Source: Alphaproteobacteria bacterium (GTDB taxonomy: Bacteria > Pseudomonadota > Alphaproteobacteria > Bin95). Taken from it: a stretch of DNA of 64,000 nucleotides. Shown here piece after piece: positions 21,831 to 29,700 of the stretch. The notes below the pieces were generated by a model. The model was not told the origin of the DNA and ran no database searches. It worked only from the letters and a program-made list of their open reading frames with translations. Position numbers and translations under genes: made by a program. Each line of letters starts with the position of its first letter. Within the stretch, counting starts at the first letter, position 1. The stretch lies in NCBI GenBank assembly GCA_963665325.3, contig OZ224045.1, positions 768,001 to 832,000 on the forward strand, written 5' to 3'.

Positions 21831-22049
21831 TTCCTCAGAACCCTCCCCCATAAAGCCCTGTTGCGCTATAATTTGCTGTCGCACCGCGCGCCACCAGCGG
21901 CCAGCAAGCAAATTGCTGTTCTTTCTCCAACACCTTGGTCTCCAGTGTTAATTCAAGAAATTCTACCTTCTGCAGAAATTTCACCCATTCCATTCCTTCA
22001 TAGATACGCAATAAATTTGTACAATATTTTCACAGCGCTGAGCGACTAA

Positions 22050-22247
22050 GACGGCAAGAGCCTCGGGCAGGTCGAACCCAAGGTGGAGCCGCTGCTCACG
22101 GTCGACCCGTTGCATCCCGGAAAACTGCGCACAAAAAGGAGCCCGATCACCCCTGCCAAGCACGACGACGATACTGCGGATAACGCCACCATCAAGGTCG
22201 CGCTGGGCGACTTAAAGCACCTCAAGAAGCAGTACCTGCCCACGTAG
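22050..22247 (+). pseudogene. Startless C-terminal fragment of an unidentified gene
   Basis: Open stretch DGKSLGQVEPK...NATIKVALGDLKHLKKQYLPT* preceded by an in-frame stop. Confidence 0.3.
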
Positions 22248-22310
22248 ACGTTTCCTGTCGAATTCGGCTCTCGATACGCCCGAGGCCGCATATCTCGCCC
22301 GTCCCAGCAA

Positions 22311-24419
22311 TCATGCGTCAACGGCGCCATTTCCCATTTGCTTCTCGAAAGCTTGGCGCACGAGTCCCATGACGTACGGAAGCTCTTCGACTGTACTCAG
22401 TGCAATTTCTGCATCGCCGTTACCCCATCGGCCGAGGTTGGTCACGTCTCTTGCCAGTCCCTTGGGATCGTGTAGTTCATGAAATTTCAGGTTGAGAGAG
22501 AGCCGCAGGCGGCTCAGTTGCGGCACGACGTCCACGAAGTTGGTCTCAGCCTTGTAGGCAACGTATAGTTTCAAGAACTCTTCGCTCACGCAGCTATCAA
22601 GCGACAATACGGACTTGCGGAAGGCCTCGAACACCGGTTGCATGGGGCTGGTCGGGGCTAGATGCGGATGATCGTTGAGGCTGTAACTCGACGGCGCCTC
22701 GGGCTTTGCGCGGAGATCCGCCAATATATCGGCCGGTAGCGCCGGTGGTGCCCAGACCTTCGCGGCTTTGGTCGCCAATCGCTCAGCACGCTCCTGGATA
22801 GTATCTTCGTTCCAGACTTGCAGCCCACCGAGGCCTTCATTTAATCGCAGTGGACTCTCCTTCAACCCACCTGTCATATCGCGCTTCCTTGCAAAAGCAT
22901 GATCACTGTACTCGGGGTTGTATCCAGTCAGCGTCAAATTCCCGAGCGTATGCAACCATCTAGCCTGCACTTGCTGCCATTCGGAGCCCAGTGCCGCTCG
23001 CCACTCGGCTGAGAGGTTCTCATTCTGCGGCATAATGTGTTCGATTGTGTATTCGTCAACCGGCACCCGCTCTTTACGTTCATGATTTTCCAAGCGACGC
23101 AGCCAGTAGCTGCGACGCGGGAAGTTGTAGAGGTCGCGCACTGCCAGCTCACGCTTGAACTCCTCGTCCCCTGGAAAGCGTCTGTAGGACGGCAGGGTGA
23201 GTAGATGGGCCTGGATGCTCTGGACGTACCGGTCCTTCTTGAGTGCACGACCAAACGTGGCAAAGGTCTTATTGAGCGAGTTGGTAGGTATAGAGCACAC
23301 CGCTCGCCGGAACACGTAGGCTTCGATCAAGCGAACAGACTGGATAAGGTCCAGTTTCGGAAGACGACCGCGAACGTAGTCGTCGTAAAGCTCAAGCAGA
23401 AACGGAAACGCCACGTCCACCTTCAGCTCTCGGAGATCCCGGAATACCGGCGCGAGATCGCCGTCTTGTTCCTTGTCGAGAGCCATCGCGCAGTAGTAGT
23501 CGGCGTAGCCATGAATGTCGGCTACCAACGTATCCACGCCGGCAGAGGCCACATCAGGCGATCGTGCGTGGCCCTTAAACGCTTCGTAAACGGCCCGAAC
23601 GTTGGGGATATCACCAGTCTTTAGTGTCAAATAATGGCGCATAAAGCCATCGAAATGCGTGCCGTATGCTTCCTGCCCGAAAGCAATTTCCATAGGGTGC
23701 CAATGTTCCTCATAAAGGCGCATCTGGTGGGCCGGCTCCAATCCCATCAAAATGAAGTTACGGATCAAGTCTGCTTGGCTAAGCTCACGTCCAGTTGAGT
23801 TCATACTTTCGAATATTAGCTGAGGATTGTCTTGCTCGCGACTCAATGCGACATCCACGATTGTGAGTTTCGCAAGCCCTTTACAGAGAGGCGCAAGTCC
23901 CGTCTTGCCGAGCGCTCGTACCCGTCCATCGAAAAAATCGAAGTTCTGCGTAATGCGCAATGAGTGGCCCATCGACTGGGGCTTTTGCTGCATGAGCGCG
24001 AGTAGGCTTTGTTTATCCGTCTGAGTTAGCAGAAGTTTAAATCCACGTTCTCCCTCTTCCAAAGGGTTGAGGAGATAGTAGTTGCGAAGTTTCTTCGCCG
24101 AAAATCCATCCATTGGCTCATCATCACCCACATGCCTTGCCAAAGCCTCGAGAATCAGCATGACAGTTGTGAGGCGCTGCTGTCCGTCAATGACAAGCAA
24201 TGGCGACTGGCTGGATACCTGATAGAGGCCTTTTTCGATATAAACGATTGAGCCAGTGAAGTGAGCAGGAATAGCGTCATTAATGCCCGTTCGCAAGATG
24301 TCTTCCCAAAGCTGTCGGCACTGCCGCTCCGTCCAGCTATAAGTGCGCTGGTAAATTGGTATTACGAACTGGGGCGATTTCTTTAAGAATTTTAGGAAAT
24401 TGGCTTCAGTTGCTTTCAC
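22311..24419 (-). CDS. GmrSD-like protein (DUF262 + DUF1524 HNH + C-terminal DUF5655-like domain), putative type IV restriction enzyme
   Basis: IPIYQRTYSW, IDGQQRLTT, IFESMNSTG, TIEHIMPQ..LGNLTL..YN, GRWGNGD. Confidence 0.9.
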   Translation of the reverse strand: MKATEANFLKFLKKSPQFVIPIYQRTYSWTERQCRQLWEDILRTGINDAIPAHFTGSIVYIEKGLYQVSSQSPLLVIDGQQRLTTVMLILEALARHVGDDEPMDGFSAKKLRNYYLLNPLEEGERGFKLLLTQTDKQSLLALMQQKPQSMGHSLRITQNFDFFDGRVRALGKTGLAPLCKGLAKLTIVDVALSREQDNPQLIFESMNSTGRELSQADLIRNFILMGLEPAHQMRLYEEHWHPMEIAFGQEAYGTHFDGFMRHYLTLKTGDIPNVRAVYEAFKGHARSPDVASAGVDTLVADIHGYADYYCAMALDKEQDGDLAPVFRDLRELKVDVAFPFLLELYDDYVRGRLPKLDLIQSVRLIEAYVFRRAVCSIPTNSLNKTFATFGRALKKDRYVQSIQAHLLTLPSYRRFPGDEEFKRELAVRDLYNFPRRSYWLRRLENHERKERVPVDEYTIEHIMPQNENLSAEWRAALGSEWQQVQARWLHTLGNLTLTGYNPEYSDHAFARKRDMTGGLKESPLRLNEGLGGLQVWNEDTIQERAERLATKAAKVWAPPALPADILADLRAKPEAPSSYSLNDHPHLAPTSPMQPVFEAFRKSVLSLDSCVSEEFLKLYVAYKAETNFVDVVPQLSRLRLSLNLKFHELHDPKGLARDVTNLGRWGNGDAEIALSTVEELPYVMGLVRQAFEKQMGNGAVDA

Positions 24420-24968
24420 GGCATACCCTTTTCTTCAACAAGATTTCTGCCCTATCCTCGATATGTGTGATCGAAGAGTAATCGATGCAGGCTTCGAACC
24501 TCTCTTGGAAGTTGCTTGCACAACCTAATAGGCGTATATGCGGCGGAATAGCCGGGTCGGTAGCCATCATACCGGCAACTCAGCGTTTGGCTATATTCTT
24601 GGTCACCAGCAGGACGATGCTCAGAAAGTCAGGAATCGTACCGTAACCGCTTCAGGTCGAAGTCGGTTACATCCAGGCGGTCGTTGGTCGCGATCAAGCG
24701 CAGCCAGATCATCGCAGATATCCTTTCAGATCCCGCTTGGTTGATGCCGTAATGCCTGGCATTCTTCCCGACATTCACGTTTCTGCTTGTTCTGTCATAA
24801 CCCGCCGGCCGCGGCCGGGCCGACCGCTGCAACCCCAAGCGAGGCCTCGATTCTCCGGTCCGCTGGAAGGAACCGGCGACGCCGCCGGTCTTCGCAGCAA
24901 AAGCGCGTGATTTCAACCTGCTGTCCCTCACCGGCTTCGCGTGTCCCCGGCCCCCGGCCAAACCCGGT

Positions 24969-25256
24969 TCATCCCCTATGTCGAGAATTCACGGCATCCT
25001 TCAGCGGCTTGCCGGCCTTGAAGACCGGTGCGGTCGAGGCCGCGATCTCGACCTGCTCGCCCGTGCCCGGACTACGCCCTGTGCGCGCCGGTCGGTTTCG
25101 CGTCCCGAACGTGCCGAATCCGAGGATCCGCGCCTCCTCGCCATTCGCCAGGGCCTCGGCAATCACCTCGAACACGCCGTCGACTGCATCCTTCGCGGCG
25201 GCCTTGCTCATTCCCGTCCGGCCTGCCAGACGCTCCGCCAGTTCCGACTTGTTCAT
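24969..25256 (-). CDS. HU family nucleoid-associated protein
   Basis: MNKSELAE..GFGTF..RPARTGRSPGTGE..FKAGKPLKDAVN. Confidence 0.92.
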   Translation of the reverse strand: MNKSELAERLAGRTGMSKAAAKDAVDGVFEVIAEALANGEEARILGFGTFGTRNRPARTGRSPGTGEQVEIAASTAPVFKAGKPLKDAVNSRHRG

Positions 25257-25423
25257 CCATGCGCTCCCGTTCTCGCCAACTGCTTCGTCCCGAGCCTGAG
25301 TAGCATGCTGCGCCCGGCTACTCGATATCCGCGTAACTCCCGTTCCCCTTCGCCCTGCGCATGGACAGTCCCGTCCGGAGCCTGTCTCATGGCCGCGAGT
25401 CCCTTTCGGACAGGCCTTGTGCG

Positions 25424-25849
25424 ATGGAAAGCGACGAGCAGCTTCGGGAAAAACTCGCCAAGGTCGAAGCCCTGTTTCGGCAGGCCGGCAGTCCGGGGGA
25501 GCGGGTAGCTGCCGGGGCCGCAATGGAGCGGCTGCGCGGGCGCCTCGGCAATGCCGGCAAGGAAGGCGGACCGGAGACGGAACTCCAGTTCCCGTTACCC
25601 GACATGTGGTCGGTCAGCCTGTTCATCGCCATCTGCCGCAAGCACGGCCTGCGTCCCTTCCGCTACGCGCGGCAGCGCCGCACGACCGTCATGGTCCAAG
25701 CCCCCGAACGGCCCTTCAACCGCGTGGTATGGGCCGCGTTCAGCCGGCTTCATACCGAACTCCAGATGTACTTCCAGGACGTTATCGACCATCTGATTAC
25801 GCGCGCCATGGGCCTGGACGGCGATGACAGTACCATCGGGCGCCGGTAG
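25424..25849 (+). CDS. Hypothetical protein with DUF2786-like N-terminus
   Basis: LREKLAKVEALF..GSPGERVAAGAAMERL; LFIAICRKHG. Confidence 0.7.
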   Translation: MESDEQLREKLAKVEALFRQAGSPGERVAAGAAMERLRGRLGNAGKEGGPETELQFPLPDMWSVSLFIAICRKHGLRPFRYARQRRTTVMVQAPERPFNRVVWAAFSRLHTELQMYFQDVIDHLITRAMGLDGDDSTIGRR

Positions 25850-25929
25850 TCGCCATGCCACTCCGGCGTGCTTCGGCTCTTCGATGCCGCTCGACCGGCA
25901 AATGCAATCCGCCGGAATCCGTTGGCCGG

Positions 25930-26193
25930 TCAGTCCTCGCGAGGTTCGACAATCACGCGCTTGCGGCCCCGCCGAACGATGTAGCCGCCCCGCCGAATTG
26001 AAAGCCGACCTTCCTGGACCAGGGGCCACAACGCATTCGAGATCACCTCCGCATTTTCATCGGCCTGCGGCGCCTCGACCGCCCGGTCGAGCCATTTCGC
26101 AAATGCCTCATCCGCAATGGCAGGCCCCAGGGACTTGCGAAGGGCATTGAGTTTCCGGAGATTGCCTTTCGAAAGGGCGCCTTCATCGATCAT
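25930..26193 (-). CDS. Hypothetical 87-aa basic protein
   Basis: RBS GGGAGG upstream; LRKLNALRKSLG..AFAKWL; C-terminal beta hairpin GGYIVRRGRKRVIV. Confidence 0.7.
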   Translation of the reverse strand: MIDEGALSKGNLRKLNALRKSLGPAIADEAFAKWLDRAVEAPQADENAEVISNALWPLVQEGRLSIRRGGYIVRRGRKRVIVEPRED

Positions 26194-26332
26194 GCTGGCA
26201 GCCTCCCTTCATCGGATTGCACCGAACAGCCCATTAATGAACGCGATTCGTACAATATGTAACTCCCTCGCCGGCTATCCTTCAAATTCAATTACCCCGC
26301 CGACTGTGCTGGTCCGATCGGCCATCCGCCGC

Positions 26333-26345
26333 CCGGGTGGAAGGC
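26333..26345 (+). repeat. Direct repeat CCGGGTGGAAGGC, copy 1 (upstream of relaxase)
   Basis: Exact copy at 32201-32213; both copies preceded by GCCATC. Confidence 0.55.
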
Positions 26346-26708
26346 ACGGCGTGCGTCTCCTCGAACAATGAACACTTGTCCTGCGCCGCCGGAAGACCGG
26401 GTCCGGCCATGAGGCCGGATCGGGCTTTGCTGCGGGCGAGGAGGACAAGCGAAAGCGGCCGTCCATCCGGAGTCCGCCGGCGTCTTGCCGGGTAGACGGT
26501 TCTTCGTTTTCGGAATTGGCCTTTGGCGACGGCATGTGATCGCTTCCACTTGCTCGCGGAGATCGGGAAGGAGGCGTCGCCGTGCCCTTGAGCAGAGGGC
26601 CTTGCCGTTCAGAACCTGCCGGGAGCGATGCCATGTCGCGTTGCCTTGCGCCAGGTTCGCGCGCGTCCGGTCGTTGCTCCGATGCTGGACGCGTTATGAT
26701 CCCCTCCC

Positions 26709-29700
26709 ATGGTCGCGAAGGTCCGCAATCTGACGTCTTCGTCGTCGACGGCGGAGTATTTCCACGAGGAGGGCGGCTACTACGCGGCGGCCGGCGGCGA
26801 CCGGGAGGCGGCGCGCGCGAAGGCGGCGGAGCACCGCCTGGCGAGCGCCTGGCACGGGCAGGCTCTGGCGGCGCTCGGGCTGAAGGAGGGACAGAAGGTC
26901 TCGGCGGGCACGTTCGAGACGCTTCTTCAGGGCCATGTGCCGGGCACGAACATCCGGCTGGGCCGCAAGCGCGACGGCAAGCACGAGCATCGCCCCGGTT
27001 TCGACATCACCTTCTCCGCCCCGAAATCCGTGTCGCTGGCCGCACTCCTGCCGACGCGGAAACACCCCCGCGGCGACCGGGGCGTGCTGCGCTGCCACGA
27101 TGAGGCGGTGAAGGCGACGCTGGAGTGGATCGAGGAGACGAAGCTCCAGACGCGGGGTTACGACCCGGCGACCGGCAGGCGCCCGCGCGTGAAGGGACAC
27201 GGCATGGCGGCGGCGCTCTTCCGGCATATCGCAAGCCGCAATCTCGACCCGCAGCTGCACACCCATGCGGTGGTGGCCAACATGACCCGCGACGGCGAGG
27301 GCCGCTGGAAGAGCATCGAGCCGACGGAGCTGCACCGGAACGCGATCCTTATCGGGGCCTATTACCGCAATGAGCTGTCGCGGCGGCTGATCGCGAAGGG
27401 CTACTCGGTCCTGCCGGCGATGGCGGGGCGCATCCGGAGCTTCGAGATCGCGGGCTACGACCTGCGGGTCCGGAATGCCTTCTCGACCCGCAGGAGGCAG
27501 ATCCTGACCTGGCTGGACGAGCAGGGCTGGGACCACAGCCAGGCGGCGGCGCAGATCGCGGCGCTTGCGACGCGGAAGCGCAAGGCGGAGCCGCTGCACG
27601 CGATGCTGCGGACGATCTGGGCGGCCCGGGCCGAGGAGATTGGAGAGGTTCCGGTCGTCCGCCGCTCGTGGCGCGGGGTTTCGCTGCCGGCCGCGCCGTC
27701 CGCCCTGGAGATCGTCGGCCGCGCGATGGAGCATCTGGAGGAGCGGCAGTCGGTGTTCGCCGCGCACCAGCTGGAAGCTGTCGCGCTCGGCCACTCGCCG
27801 GGACGGCATACGCTCGAGGCGATCCGGGATGCGATCGCATGGATGGTGCGTGACCGGCATCTGGTCGAGGCAACGCTCCGGCGCGCCGACCAGTCATTCG
27901 TCACCGACCGGGCGCTCAAGGCGGAACGCAAGGTGATCGCCGCGATGAAGGCCGGCATCGGCGAGGGCATGGCGCTTGCCACGGAAGAGCAGGTTGCGGC
28001 CCGTCTCGCGGGCGCGGGGCTCACCGAGGGGCAGGAGGAGGCGGTGCGGACGATATTGCTGACGCCTGACCGGATCGTCGGCGTACAGGGCCGGGCCGGA
28101 ACCGGCAAGACGACCATGCTGAGCCATGTGCGCGAACTCGCGGGCAAGCGGCTTGTGGTGGGGCTCGCGCCCTCCGCGGCGGCGGCGCGGGTTCTGGAGC
28201 GCGAGACGGACATGCCCGCCCGGACGCTGCAATGGTTCCTCGCCCGCTGCCGGGCGGTCGATGGTGCGGGGCCGGTGATCGACCGGCTGAGGGAGCGCTT
28301 CCGGGGCGCGGTGCTGGTGCTCGACGAGGCGTCGATGGTCTCGACCGACCAGATGAAGAGCCTGATGCGGGTTGCGGGGGAACTCGAGGTCGCGCGCCTC
28401 GTGCTGGTGGGCGACCGGAGCCAGCTGCGCGCTGTCGACGCCGGCCAGCCCTTCCGCCTGTTGCAGCAGGCGGGCATGAAGACGGCGGAGATGAACGAGA
28501 TCCTGCGCCAGAGGGAGCCGAAGCTCAGGGCGGCCGTGAACGCGGCGCAGGAAGGAGAGCCCGGCGAGGCGGTGGAGCTGCTCGGCAGCAGCGTGCACGA
28601 GGTTCCCTGGGACGAGCTCGGGCAGAAGGCGGCAGAGACCTGGCTCGCGCTCGACCCCGAGACCCGGTCCCGGACCCTGCTTGTGGCGCCGACGCATGAG
28701 CTCAGGGCGGAGATCAATGCGGTCGTGCGCGAGGCGCTGGCGGCGGAGGGCGTGCTCCGGGGCCGGGCGCTTCGAATCGACCGCCTGGTCGGGCTCGGCA
28801 TGACGCGCGCCGAGAAGGCCGACGTGCGCAACTACAGCGAAGGCGACACGGTGGTGCCGAACCAGGACCTCATGAACTACCGGGTGAAGAGGGACGAGGC
28901 GCTGACGGTCACCGGCATCGAGGAGGACCGCGTGCTGCTGCTGCATCCCGACGGCAGGCCGCGCCATGTCGCGCCGCAGCAGGGCCATGTCCGCTACCGT
29001 CTCGACGTCTACGAGACGCAGCCGATCGAGATCCGGGCGGGCGACCGCATACGCTGGACCCGCAACGACAGGAAGCGGGACCTCGTGAACGGCGAGCATT
29101 CCGAGGTCGTCGCGATCGGGCCGGACCGGGTGCGGTTCCGCCGCGCGGACGGGCGCACGTTCTCGCTCGCGCATGACGACCCCCAGCTCCGCCATCTCGA
29201 CCATGCCTGGAGCTCGACCGTGCATGGCGCGCAGGGCAGCACGGCGGACGGGGTGATCGCGGTGCTCGACTCGGGCCACGGGGCGCTCACCGACCAGTCG
29301 ACCTTCTATGTCGAGATCAGCCGGGCGCGCGACAGCGCGGTGGTGCTGACCGACAATTGCGAGCAGCTGGTCGAGGTCCTGGAGGCGCATACCGGCGAGC
29401 GCGCGACGGCGCTTGAGGCGGTGGGCGAGGAGATCGGCCCGGACATCGGGCCCGTCCGGATCCCCCACAAGCTGCCGGCCTGGTCGGTGCGCGGGGAATG
29501 GACGGAGCTGGAGGAGAAAGCCCGCAATGAAGGCACGATCCTCTTTCGCGTGGAGGGCTATGACGGCCTGATCGGCCGGACACGGCGGCTGGACGAGCGG
29601 TACCCCGGTCTTCCCGCGCCGATCCGGGAGGTCGTGGACGGGCTGCTTGCCTATGACCGCGGCTGCCGCGAGGGCGACCGGGGCGCTGTCGAGTTCCTGG

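Noticed and set aside
24540-24780. Possible gene remnant upstream of the GmrSD-like gene
   Set aside because: Protein-like stretches but no recognisable family or consistent frame
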